DNA from: an uncultured Candidatus Saccharibacteria bacterium
GTDB lineage: Bacteria > Patescibacteriota > Minisyncoccia > Phycocordibacterales > SIBU01
Assembly (NCBI GenBank): GCA_964355335.1
Contig: CAYHDB010000002.1
Span: forward strand, 3,192-67,191
Direction: 5' to 3'
DNA length: 64,000 nucleotides
The translations under genes and the position numbers were made by a program. Numbering within the stretch: position 1 is the stretch's first letter; every line of letters starts with the position of its first letter. The notes beneath the pieces were generated by a model. The model saw nothing but the letters and a program-made list of their open reading frames with translations, did not search any database and was not told the origin of the DNA. Positions 9,138 through 19,100 of this stretch are shown here, piece by piece.

Positions 9138-10103
9138 TTATTCTGCGTGACTTGATTCTTCGTTTCCCTTCTTTTTCCGGGCCTCGTATGAGTTGCTAAG
9201 GTCAAGAAGGTTGCTATGCCAACTTAGCCGCTCATCTTCCTCGGCTTCTTCTGGGGATTGATTACGATTGCCCCCTCTGGACTCTGGTGAATTGCCTCCT
9301 CCCCTTTTGCGACCGCCACCTCCGAACAAACTTCCACCACCCTGCCCTCCGCGATTTCCTGGTTTTTTCTCCCCGCCCTTTTTTTTGTCCTTATCATCTC
9401 CTCCCTCCTTCCCTTCACCTTCTTCTTTGGTTTCTTCCGAGTTGTCGTTTTCTGATCCCCCTTCTTTATTCTCTTCCTCTTCATCCTCCTCAGAATCGTC
9501 TCCCCCTTCTTCTTGCTCGCCCTCACCTTGCTTGTTGCTTTCCTCTTCCTGACCACTCTCATTTGATGTTCCTTCCTCCCCTCCTGTTGCCTCAGCTCCT
9601 GCCTCGGCTCCCTCGGCCGCACCTGCACCAGCCTCTGCCGCTTCGGCTCCCGCGATTGCACCCTCGGCCGCTTCGCCTGCCGCAAGTGAGGCGCCACCTG
9701 TTTCAGGCGCCGCAGCCACAGCGGCCGCCGCGATTGCCGCCTCCTCGGCCTTTTTTAGAAGTTTTTCTGCCTTAATAAGTAGAAATACGACAATACCGTC
9801 GAGGAACCATAAAGGTAGAGCATTTAATATTGGGATTGTTTCAAAAATGAAAGTAGCGATGATGCTTCCCCCCATTTTCATACTCTTCATGTTCACCCCG
9901 CGAAGATATAGGTAGGTAGGCCAGGCCATTCCGACAAGAATATCTATAAAGGTGTTGGCGATTATCCCAATCCCTATAAAATCCAGCCCTATTTGTGCAA
10001 GGTCCACCATGAACAATGCACTGATGGCCATCCCCCATTCAGTGTTGGATATTTTTTCTCCTTCGTGGCCCTTCTTTTTTTTCTTTTTTTCTTCGTCCTC
10101 GGC
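9138..10103 (-). CDS. Membrane protein with Ala-rich helix and highly acidic Gly/Glu/Lys-rich low-complexity tail
   Basis: Start assigned to MAEDEEKKKKKKGHEGEK so the gene does not overlap the DUF559 gene. 3-4 TM segments. Long E/G/K-rich tail. An A8-G-A8 homopolymer tract lies in the coding sequence near 10070-10090. Confidence 0.5.
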   Translation of the reverse strand, partial: AEDEEKKKKKKGHEGEKISNTEWGMAISALFMVDLAQIGLDFIGIGIIANTFIDILVGMAWPTYLYLRGVNMKSMKMGGSIIATFIFETIPILNALPLWFLDGIVVFLLIKAEKLLKKAEEAAIAAAAVAAAPETGGASLAAGEAAEGAIAGAEAAEAGAGAAEGAEAGAEATGGEEGTSNESGQEEESNKQGEGEQEEGGDDSEEDEEEENKEGGSENDNSEETKEEGEGKEGGDDKDKKKGGEKKPGNRGGQGGGSLFGGGGRKRGGGNSPESRGGNRNQSPEEAEEDERLSWHSNLLDLSNSYEARKKKGNEESSHAE

Positions 10104-10113
10104 CATAAATTGT

Positions 10114-10461
10114 TTATACCTTAATGAAATCGCGTATTTCTCGCAGTACGCTATCAAGATTATACCTCACATCACTATCGACAAACCTTAGAAACTTAAT
10201 CCCCAGTGATTCTAATGTTCGCTGTCGGTCAGTATCATCATCTATCTTGCTGTCATGACTTATCCCATCTACTTCAATAGCCAAGTTTAATGTCGAGCAA
10301 TAAAAATCAACGACATAATTCCCTATCGGACGTTGACGAAGGAATTGATAGCCAAGTTTCTTTGCTCGCAACTCTTTCCACAGCAAAACTTCTGCCAGAT
10401 TTTCTGCTTTGCGTAGGTTTCGAGCAATCCGCGCCAGTTTTTGATTGTAATGCAACTTCAT
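10114..10461 (-). CDS. DUF559 domain protein (Vsr/very-short-patch-repair-like endonuclease fold), selfish-element-like
   Basis: C-terminal 115 aa of the listed ORF: MKLHYNQKLARIARNLRKAENLAEVLLWKELR..VDFYC..LAIEVDGISH.. (DUF559 signature). AAAGGAGGAAC Shine-Dalgarno 6 nt upstream inside a CCTCCTTTATTAAAGG hairpin. Confidence 0.7.
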   Translation of the reverse strand: MKLHYNQKLARIARNLRKAENLAEVLLWKELRAKKLGYQFLRQRPIGNYVVDFYCSTLNLAIEVDGISHDSKIDDDTDRQRTLESLGIKFLRFVDSDVRYNLDSVLREIRDFIKV

Positions 10462-10589
10462 AAGTTCCTCCTTTATTAAAGGTCGGAGTCCTCGGAGATA
10501 CGTCGGCGAAGGTGGCACATTCCGATGTGACGGAGGATTTAAATCCCTCCCCCTCGCAGACTCAGGTACTCCCTTTAGGAAAGGGAGAA

Positions 10590-12437
10590 TTAAGACGGGG
10601 TTTGTGCAGTAGGTTGAGTCTCTTTTTCTCCCTGTTCTTCCAATTCCTGTTTGGCTTGTTTTATCGCCAGAAGTTGTGATGGGTCTGATGTGATAATCTG
10701 GTCTTCGGTATATGAAGCGATGACTTTTATGGCAACGTGCTTCATTCCAACGAAGAATATTCCTTCTCCCACATCGCACTCAAGAAGTAGATATTTTTCT
10801 TCGTCGGTGAGATTGAAAGTTTTTTGGACACGTTCAATAGACGATGGGGATTGTTTCAGAAGCATCTGTATCGAGGAATTTGTAATAATCGGTAAACCGT
10901 ATGGAGATTTAAGAAAGTCGTCCACGTCCTGAGTGATTGTCGCGAGGCCGAGATAGTATTTGCGACCTCTCTTTGCTAGCCCAAGCAGGAAAGAAGCCGT
11001 ATCCTCGGATTTCATCATCCACCATGCTTCATCGATGACCAGTAGGCGCTTGCGAAGATTCTTCCTGATAGCGTTCCAGATATAGTGAGTGACGATGTAC
11101 ATTGCCACAGGTTTCAACTCGTCCTCCATATCTCGGAGTGAGAACACGATAAACTTTGCTTCAATATCGATGTTTGAAGGTTTATTTATAAATCCCGCCC
11201 ACGTACCTCTGGTGTATTTGGAAAGCCTTTGAACAAGTGAGTCCCCTCCCTCCATCCCCGCAAGCACCAATTCAAAGTCTGAAAGTAGTGGTGGTTCGAC
11301 ATTTCTAAAGTCCGAATCCGGAGTAATGTCTTTAAGTGCGTATGTTTCGCTGATGGCGCGGTCAATAATCGCATCCTCTTCTGGCGTTAAGCCACCAAGC
11401 ATAATTCTGAACAAACCCACAAGATTTATGATGTTTGAGCGCAGAACATCCGAAGAAGCCTCGTCTTCTCTGGGTATAGGAAGGTCGAAAGGATTTATGT
11501 GGTGAGTCGAGTTTAGCGAGATTGTGAAATATTTTCCGCCGGTCGCTTCTGCCATATATTCATATTCCCTTTCCGGGTCGATGACGATAACTTCGGTGTC
11601 AAACATCAGCGTTCGTAGGATTTCAAGTTTTGTATTGTAGGATTTTCCTGAGCCGGATTTCGCAAAAGTTATTGAGTTGTAGTTTTCCAAAGAAAATCTG
11701 TCGAAGAGGACCAAGGAAGAATTGTGGCGGTTTATACCGTAGAGTATTCCCTTGTCTGATGTAAGGTCGAATGAAGTAAACGGGAACAAAGAAGAAAGGG
11801 GTGAAGAATTGAGCTTTGAATGAACCATAAGCTCATCTTGAGCAATAGGCATTACACTTCTGAAGCCTTGTTCTTGCTGGAAAAGGGCGGGTTTTAGATA
11901 AATCAGCTTTGATTCTAGAATGGATTTGATTTCCGATTCTATCTTGTCCAGCTCCTCGTCACTCTTGCCGTATATTGAGATATATAGACCGACATCAAAC
12001 AGTTTCTCCTGCGCCTGCATCAGATTGTCTCGCAGTCTTTCAAGGTCTTGATAAGCTGTATCAAGCATAGGGTCTCGGACCATTCCCTTTTTCGCACGCT
12101 CGTTTATTTGGCTTTGGACCTCTGCCACTTTTTTCTGAAATTGACGTAAAACAATAGCCGTATCGATAGGATGAATGAATATTGAAATATCAAATACCTT
12201 GTCTAGGTTGATAATTGGTGAAAACCACCCTTCCGCAAGGAAGCGAGGGTAAGAGATGACAAAGAATGTTCTTACGATGGAGTCACCAAGGTTAAGAGCC
12301 CGAGGAGTCACCTTGAGTGCTGAAGGGGCGATGATATCTTTCAACTCCAAAACCCCGGATTCGTAAATCTCTTGGGGTAGGATGCTCGCAATGTCAGGAG
12401 CTTTGTCTTTTCTTTTTAAAAAATCAAATATTCCCAT
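10590..12437 (-). CDS. VirB4/TrbE/PrgJ-family conjugative-transfer ATPase, C-terminal two-thirds (ATPase domain)
   Basis: Walker A FAKSGSGKSY. Walker B LLVIDEAWWMM (DEAW is typical of VirB4). True start taken as MGIFDFLKRK; the residues upstream in the listed ORF are translated from the repeat element. Confidence 0.7.
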   Translation of the reverse strand: MGIFDFLKRKDKAPDIASILPQEIYESGVLELKDIIAPSALKVTPRALNLGDSIVRTFFVISYPRFLAEGWFSPIINLDKVFDISIFIHPIDTAIVLRQFQKKVAEVQSQINERAKKGMVRDPMLDTAYQDLERLRDNLMQAQEKLFDVGLYISIYGKSDEELDKIESEIKSILESKLIYLKPALFQQEQGFRSVMPIAQDELMVHSKLNSSPLSSLFPFTSFDLTSDKGILYGINRHNSSLVLFDRFSLENYNSITFAKSGSGKSYNTKLEILRTLMFDTEVIVIDPEREYEYMAEATGGKYFTISLNSTHHINPFDLPIPREDEASSDVLRSNIINLVGLFRIMLGGLTPEEDAIIDRAISETYALKDITPDSDFRNVEPPLLSDFELVLAGMEGGDSLVQRLSKYTRGTWAGFINKPSNIDIEAKFIVFSLRDMEDELKPVAMYIVTHYIWNAIRKNLRKRLLVIDEAWWMMKSEDTASFLLGLAKRGRKYYLGLATITQDVDDFLKSPYGLPIITNSSIQMLLKQSPSSIERVQKTFNLTDEEKYLLLECDVGEGIFFVGMKHVAIKVIASYTEDQIITSDPSQLLAIKQAKQELEEQGEKETQPTAQTPS

Positions 12438-12440
12438 AGT

Positions 12441-12554
12441 TATTAAAATATACGAACATACGAATTGGTGCGGATATACGAAATAATACGAAAACCGCAG
12501 TGTATTTCGCAAATTTTTCGTATATGTTCGTGTTTTTGTACCATTATTTTCGTA
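12441..12554. repeat. TACGAA-heptad palindromic element, copy 4, lying between the two VirB4 ORFs
   Basis: atatacgaacatacgaattggtgcggatatacgaaataatacgaaaa | ccgcagtgtatttcgcaaa | tttttcgtatatgttcgtgtttttgtaccattattttcgtattag. Confidence 0.85.
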
Positions 12555-13202
12555 TTAGTTGATTTGGACAGGTTTATCCATCTCCCCTGGATTGAATATC
12601 TTATAAAGTAACTCAACCACTTCTTCCGTACCAAGCTGGGCAGCGCGGATGCCACACCGTACCAATCCCTGCTCTACCACAGACAGACGTTGCAGAAGTT
12701 GGCTTCGGTTTTCCTCGAAAACATCCTGCTTCGTTTCCCTTTTCTGTTCCGCCTCTTCTCTGGTCAAAAACCTTCCTGCCCTATCCACCAGCCCCCCTTT
12801 GCCTTGAAGTGGCGCGGGCGCGTATGGGACGACAACAAAAAATGTTTTTGTCATTATGTTTGCGCTCTCGGTAAAACTTTTTATGAAGCCGATGTACTCC
12901 CTTGTCTGGACTTTCATCAAATCGGTCGATTGTTCTTTGTAACGTTCTTCCAGTAGAGCTATATATGGTCGGATATCGAGTTTTCTCGATTCTATAAAAA
13001 GTTGAACTGAAAAATCCAGTGAGTTTAGAAAGTTTTGGAATTGAGAAATGATCGCGTTTTGGTTTTCCTGAGATTTCAAAGCAAAGTTCAGCGATGATGT
13101 CATAAGAAGCGCACGGAAAGAGCCGTCCTTGAGGACGATGATACCATCGCGTACCTCTTTGATGGGTACAAACTCTTGGGTGGCCCTGGGTGTTGTTGCC
13201 AT
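12555..13202 (-). CDS. VirB4-family N-terminal domain, encoded as a separate ORF
   Basis: ..IKEVRDGIIVLKDGSFRALLMTSSLNFALKSQENQNAIISQFQNFLNSLDFSVQLFIESRKLD.. matches the TrbE/VirB4 N-terminus (..KDGSF....f.g.d..s....E.......lNn.l..L..gw.i.ve.qR). The combined 215+~613 aa is roughly VirB4 length (~800 aa). Confidence 0.6.
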   Translation of the reverse strand: MATTPRATQEFVPIKEVRDGIIVLKDGSFRALLMTSSLNFALKSQENQNAIISQFQNFLNSLDFSVQLFIESRKLDIRPYIALLEERYKEQSTDLMKVQTREYIGFIKSFTESANIMTKTFFVVVPYAPAPLQGKGGLVDRAGRFLTREEAEQKRETKQDVFEENRSQLLQRLSVVEQGLVRCGIRAAQLGTEEVVELLYKIFNPGEMDKPVQIN

Positions 13203-13300
13203 ACTAATTATACGAACATACGAATTAACGAAAATACGAAATTATACGAAAACCATAGTGGTGCCACAAAAGTTTTCGTATTTGTTCGTGTTTTGCTTCA
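13203..13300. repeat. TACGAA-heptad palindromic element, copy 5
   Basis: attatacgaacatacgaattaacgaaaatacgaaattatacgaaaa | ccatagtggtgccacaaaag | ttttcgtatttgttcgtgtttt. Confidence 0.85.
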
Positions 13301-13660
13301 TTATATCTTTTTTACATTATCAATGCGAACAATACGAATTGGTTTGATAATTTTTTCTCTAAAATTAACCAGATACCCTAAACGCATCTGGGTTTCCTGT
13401 AAGTAATGTTGGACTTGGCGGTAGTCTTCAGGAGTCAGTGCACGTTTCGCTTTCAATTCAAGGATAATTTTCTCTTCAATCAAAAAATCAAGTATATTTC
13501 CACTATTAGATATTGCCAATTCTCTTTTGTATGCAATTTTTCTATTTTTTAGCTTTTCTTCAATTATGTCCGCGTATTGCTTCTCTCTTCCGTACAATCC
13601 CAGTTCTTTATGAGCCTCAAGGAAAATTCCCACTAAATCGTAAGACAAGTTAGGGTATAT
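13301..13660 (-). CDS. GxxExxY-family protein (PD-(D/E)XK-like), small cassette-like gene inside the T4SS-like operon
   Basis: ..LVGIFLEAHKELGLYGREKQYADIIEEKL..GNILDFLIEEKIILELKAKRALTPEDYRQVQHYLQETQMRLGYLVNF.. follows the GxxExxY family pattern (lG.G..E..Y...L...L.....D....iilElK.......h..Q...YL.....gLLiNF). Start uncertain: an ATG inside the repeat, or an internal TTG/GTG. Confidence 0.6.
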   Translation of the reverse strand: MYPNLSYDLVGIFLEAHKELGLYGREKQYADIIEEKLKNRKIAYKRELAISNSGNILDFLIEEKIILELKAKRALTPEDYRQVQHYLQETQMRLGYLVNFREKIIKPIRIVRIDNVKKI

Positions 13661-13669
13661 TACTTTCGA

Positions 13670-13722
13670 GGACACACTTTTCGTATTTGTTCGTATATCC
13701 GCATCCATTCGTATTTTCGTAT
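13670..13722. repeat. TACGAA-heptad element, short copy 6 (ttttcgtatttgttcgtatatccgcatccattcgtattttcgtatc)
   Basis: TTCGTAT units flanking a short core. Lies between the GxxExxY gene and the prgI-like gene. Confidence 0.6.
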
Positions 13723-14166
13723 CTACCTCTTCCCTCCCATCGTCTCGCTCGCTCCAGGACTAATGTTTTCATTGATATCAAGTGACCACGTCAGATCTTT
13801 CAGCTTGCTATCGGAAAGCCTCGGCACGTAGAGAAGTGGGGCGACAATATCTTCGGCTTTTTTCGGAACGATTTTTTTGTCCTGTTTTTTCCAGATGTAG
13901 AGTTTGCTTGAAATCATAAACTTAAAGGCTGATTCAAGCACTCCTATGAATGGCCTGTTGTTCACCTTGTAGAATGCCAACGAAAGACCGAAGGCAACCA
14001 CGGGAAGGATGAGTAGTATGGCCAGGATAAAGGAGATCGGCCCCACATAGGTATAGATGATGAAGGATAGACCTCCAGCACCGGCGACATAGACAAATTG
14101 CTTGATCGTGAGTGATCCGAAAATCTTGTCTTCTACCTCGATAAATTGTGGGACTTGAAATTGCAT
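13723..14166 (-). CDS. PrgI-family protein (VirB3-like small membrane component of Gram-positive-type T4SS)
   Basis: MQFQVPQFIEVEDKIFGSLTIKQFVYVAGAGGLSFIIY.. matches the PrgI N-terminal consensus (..vP.di..edkifg.Lt.rQl.yl..g) followed by a TM hairpin. Lies in the same operon as the VirB4 ATPase, on its upstream side. Confidence 0.65.
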   Translation of the reverse strand: MQFQVPQFIEVEDKIFGSLTIKQFVYVAGAGGLSFIIYTYVGPISFILAILLILPVVAFGLSLAFYKVNNRPFIGVLESAFKFMISSKLYIWKKQDKKIVPKKAEDIVAPLLYVPRLSDSKLKDLTWSLDINENISPGASETMGGKR

Positions 14167-14290
14167 AAATATACGAAAATACGAATTTTACGAAACTACG
14201 AAATAATACGAACACCGCGCTGGTGACACAAAAGTTTTCGTATATGTTCGTATGTCTGTTTCATTTCGTATGTTCGTATGGTTAGTGTAG
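14167..14290. repeat. TACGAA-heptad palindromic element, copy 7
   Basis: aaatatacgaaaatacgaattttacgaaactacgaaataatacgaaca | ccgcgctggtgacacaaaag | ttttcgtatatgttcgtatgtctgtttcatttcgtatgttcgtatgg. Confidence 0.85.
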
Positions 14291-14297
14291 TGCGTGG

Positions 14298-16060
14298 CTA
14301 CATAGGCTCTCGGTATGGATCACTATTCTGTCCTACCCCAGGCTTGTTCGAAGTCACAACACTGGAAAGTTTCTGGTCTAGAATGTTTTTAGCTGATACT
14401 CCTTGCACAGGTATGGCGGTGCTGATTGGTTTTTGAATAGCTGGTTGAGCGACAGGAGGCGTTGTGATTTTGGGAGACATAATTGGAGCGGAAGGCAAAG
14501 GCTTTTCCGACATCACAGGAGGTGGTACTGAGCGGAGAGAATCAAGTTTTTGTCCAAGAGCTCCTCTTTGGATGACAGGTTCAGGTGGTTTAGGCAATGT
14601 TCCAGGTTGCCACGGAGTGTCCTGTGCTTGTACTCCTGGCTTTACGGCATCTGAGGAGGAAGGTTCTGAGGATGAAGAGGTTGTCGTCTGAAATTCTCCC
14701 TTGTTAAAGGTCGAAGTCCTCGAAGAAACGTCATCGAGAGTACCGCTTTCGGAAGCGGGGAGGGATTTAAATCCTCCGTCCTCGCCGACTTGGACACCTC
14801 CTTTAGTAAAGGTCGGAGTCCTCGGAGATACGTCGGCGAAGGAATCTGAAACAGGGATTCCCGTTTTTGGTTTCATTGGAACAGGAAGAGACGGACCTTG
14901 TGCCGGAGTGGTCTGGGCACTAGCTGGGGTAGCCTTGTTGTCTCGAAACCAGAGTGGTTTTGGATTTTCTATGTCACGGAGAATTGTAGCTCGGTCCGGC
15001 ACTTCCCCGCTGTCAGTACCGCCAAGGTTTGGGGCTGGTTTTGTAGAAGCCACTTGCGCAACCGGTTTTATAGGTATCGGCGATGAAGGTGTGGGAGGCA
15101 CGGTCTCTTCATGAATTTGCTTCAAGGCCTCTCTGATTTTTAGAAAAACTTCTGTGTTTATCTCTTGTGCAACCAACTTTACTTTCTCTTCAGAAAGACC
15201 GAGACGTCTGGAAAGATGAGGCAGGAATTGTCCCGGATGTGTAAAGCCAAGTATCACCATTCCTGTCTCCGCACCAAGCTCCCCTATCTTGTCCACATGA
15301 AGAGCGTATTTCCTGCCGATGTCCACCACCTTTTTGGCGGAGTCCACAGAACGTAGGGCCTCTTTTAGTTTTAGTGGCAGTTTTTCATACTGTTGGACCA
15401 TTTCTTTTTCAGAAACTCTACCATCAAGCATACGCAGAAGAGACTCAATCGGTTTCTCTGACATTTGTGTGTGGCTGGTCTCCATTATCGGTGGTTTCAT
15501 TCCCCCAAATCTTGAGTCAGTCTCTCCTGTCGGCAGGTTGCTTGGAGGTGGAGCGTATGTAGATGAAAATGTTGCACCTCGTACTACGGGTGGAGGAACA
15601 GTCGTTTGACCCCACGACGAAGATGGTGGCGGAGGAGCCATTCTTTTCGGAGGCAGTCTTGATGGCAAAGGCTGTGACAAGACAGAATCAACAACTTCAA
15701 GCCCTTCCACTTTCGGTGGAGCGGTCTGTACGGAAAGTTCTATCGGGATTTTGATTCCAAGTGCCGGAAGAAGTTTGGAAAAAATCTTCTCACTGATTAA
15801 GGAAACAATCTGAGGTATTTTTTCTCTGTTGTCTTCGTCAATCTTTTCGGTTAACCCCGCTTCAAAATCCTTCGGTTGACGTTCCTTCGTAATTATCTGC
15901 CGTACCAACTCGCACACCTCACCGATCTCCCGCATGGTCAATCCGACAACGTCCGCAATTCCCTCTATGGTGAATACCAGATTGTCATTCTCAACAACGG
16001 ATATTGCAGATGGAGGCAGTTTGCTGGTAGCAACAGTTAACTTATCGAATTGTTCGGTGT
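14298..16060 (-). CDS. Pro-rich hypothetical protein with internal peptide repeats (SPRTPTFTKG / SRTSTFNKG)
   Basis: Likely start MSYTEQFDKLTV. Structured N-terminal domain followed by a Pro/Ser/Thr-rich region. DNA 14700-14850 shares a repeat with the DUF559 flank (10470-10590). Confidence 0.5.
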
Positions 16061-16105
16061 ACGACATAATAATTATTACAAAGTAGTGTTTGCACAATGA
16101 ATAAC

Positions 16106-19100
16106 TTAAACAATATCACTTCTGTATTTAATATTCTTTGCATTTGCAGGATCGTAGTCTCCTGCTGCCTCAAGTTCTCTGTATATTGCCTGGAGTTTAG
16201 CAGGTAATCTTTCAATCGGTCTAACCAAGGCTTTACTGTTTTTGTCTGTGAATAAGTATCTAATAAGGTCTCTGTTTTGTTTGCTGACAATACCATTTCC
16301 ATCCTTTTCGGCCTGGTAATCACCCAAAACATCCTCTAGGAGTAATCTAACATCTTCACTGTCCTTGTCCTTAAAGTTTTGAGCAATACCAGCGTCAATT
16401 AGTCTGTGTACAGCTTTGCTGTTTCTGTTTCTGCTTCTTGCCCCGGCAATTTCATTTGGAGCCCTTCCGTCTGCCCAATCGACTGCTACACCGGTTCTTA
16501 TGGAGTCGCGGGCCGTATTTTCCGCGTAAGTTTTCCTAAAGATTTCGTTAAGTTGTTTTACATCGTTGTTACCTGCAGCGCGGGCCGAGTCGACTGCGAG
16601 TTTTGCAGCTTGGAATGCTGCAGATCTTTCTGCTAAGGTATTCTCCTGTATATAATTAGGATTACTCTTGCTTGCAACAATATCTAAAGCGCTATCCTTC
16701 AAAAAAGTCATTCCATCCCTTGTTTCTGAGGCAAAGTTCTCATCGGTGCGGAAGTCCTTATTGGTAAGGCCCCACCTCATTGTGTGAACAAGTTCGGGTA
16801 TTTCGAACATTTTAGGCATAATAGATGCGGCCAGTTGGTACTCTTCTTTAGTCATTTTGTTCCTTGCCCAACCCTTAAGATCTGGCTCTTTGGGGAGGGA
16901 GGGTTTTTCTTTAGGAGCTTCCCACATTTGACCTGAAGAACTTCTCGCGTAGCGTTTTCCATCAGCACCGATAGTTATTTGGTGTGCAGCAACATTTCCA
17001 TCTGGTCCGACTGCTAATTTTCCATCAACTATCGCTTTTCGAAGCTCAGCCATTTTTTTATCATATTCATCAACTTCTTTTTGGTACTCTTTAAAAGCCT
17101 CAACCTCCTCTTTCCAGCGTTCCCCTAGCATTTCTTGTTTCTCTGGAACCGTCCAATCCTTTGACGCCATTACAGCTTTAAGTTGTTTTAGGTTTGCAAA
17201 CTTTGCCATTTTGGCAATCAGATGTTCGTCCATGTCAGCAAAATCCTCAGGAGTAATAAGGTTAAGATTACGAGACATCTCCCCTTGAGCTTTTTTCCTT
17301 GCACTTTCTTGCGCAGCCTTTTCCTTTTCTCGTGCATCCGTCATACCCCGGGCAACCGTTAGGTCAGAACCCGTTAGTCTGTTTGAGACCCCAGTGTGGT
17401 CAGTGAAGGTCTCACCGGGTTTTTCAAAGTAAGCATTTGAATAGCTAGCTATTGCGTTTAGAAATGCCTGTTCTCCTGGCTGTCCGGCCGCGTAATCACT
17501 TCTTTTTGGAGTATCTGTAACTAAACTGTTATGAAAATTTTGGGCATCTATAAAGTCGGCATCAGTAGCATAATTTTCTCTTTTTGGTGCAAACTTCCTC
17601 ATGAATTTTTCCATAGCAGCCAAAAAACCAGCTATGTCTATGTTGCCGTTCTTATCCGTGAATTTCTTTATATCCGGTTTGGAGCCGTCCTCTAGTGCTG
17701 CGTCAGCCACTTCCATTGCATGCAGTCCTTTTTCCGCATCTTCCTTGCGTTCTATGGCGTATCTCCTGCTTCTTAGTTTTTCACTCTCTTCATAAGATTC
17801 ATGCAAAGATTTTTCGCCTCCAAACTTGGCATGCACAGCCCTCCCAGTTGTTTGTTCGCGGATGAAACTTCCAAGTTCTGTTGCCCCAAAACCACTCTTG
17901 CCCAATTTTTTATCAAGTTCGGCGACATCAGCATATTTTTGCCATCTTTCTGATTTTTCTTCAATTCCTTTTCCAAATTGTTTAATACCACTAGTTAACT
18001 TTTCAGGAGCCTTGCTTATAAGTTTGTCGCCCATGACAGCAGTTTTTTCCCCAAATTGTTTAATACCACTAAGTTTGTTTAAACCAGGAATTTTGTTTAG
18101 TAGCTGGCCCGTTCCTTTTATTGCACCTCCAACACCCTGAGTGGGTATTCTCAATACGTTAGAGGCACCCCTTAGGCCATAATTTGCAATGGTCCCTGCT
18201 GTGCTGATGAACCTTCCACTTGCCACCCATCTGGCCCCGGCCGAGCCGACATTTTGAGCGAACTCTAGTCCGTGAACCTCGAGTTTTTTGGCGATTAGAA
18301 TACATCCAAGCATCAATCCGATTACAAGTAGGAAGTTAACAACCATTGCTATTCCTCCACCGGAGCCAGTGGTGAAGGCAGAAGCCAAGCTTGGATTTCC
18401 TACACTAACGGATACGACACCCTTAAATGCATCAGACTGAATGGTTTTGACCACTACAAATGAAAGTGCCATGAAAGCGGGAGCGAAGATAACTTGTTTA
18501 ATTAGCGCTTCTTTCCAAGATTCGGCGTATTTTTCCCCACCCGGAAGTGCGTAGGCCAGGAACGCTAATGGTGAAAGCATCATTACGAACATAAGCGCTA
18601 TGGCCCGGAAGAGCATGAGTACGGCTCCCACAAGAAATACGTACGCAGCAATAAGCATCAATGCGCTTCCGAATATTCCAATTAAAATTATTTTCCCCCA
18701 GTTGATTGCATTTCCACCAAAAAGTGCCGCTCCTCCTGCGACAACTCCAGCTACAGGTCCGGCAGTCGCTGCCCCAACCACTGTTGCGGATCCTACGTCC
18801 CAGGCGCGTTTAAGCGCCGACATTACTATTCCACGTTTTTCTCCTCCCGCCTCCCCTATCGCCGAACCATCATAAATGGTTTGGATTTTCAAGCCTTGCA
18901 TAAATGCCCCAGAGAAACTCGCTGTCGAGCCTTCACTTGGGACAACTATGAGATTGTAAAAATGCATGGCAATGATGTTTGAACCATCAATTACCGTTTT
19001 AGTGATGAAAAGTGAAAAGTTTATGAGAAGCGCGACAATCACGAGATGTGTGACAAGCTCCTTCGTTTCTCCGGAGTTAAGCCCGAGAATTGTGCTGATG

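Noticed and set aside
9224-9775. Three overlapping plus/minus-strand ORFs (9224..9697, 9268..9552, 9287..9775) rich in Pro/Arg/Leu
   Set aside because: They lie within the GC/purine-biased low-complexity acidic tail of 9138..10103. They are alternative-frame artefacts of a repetitive GAA/GGA-rich sequence, not independent genes.
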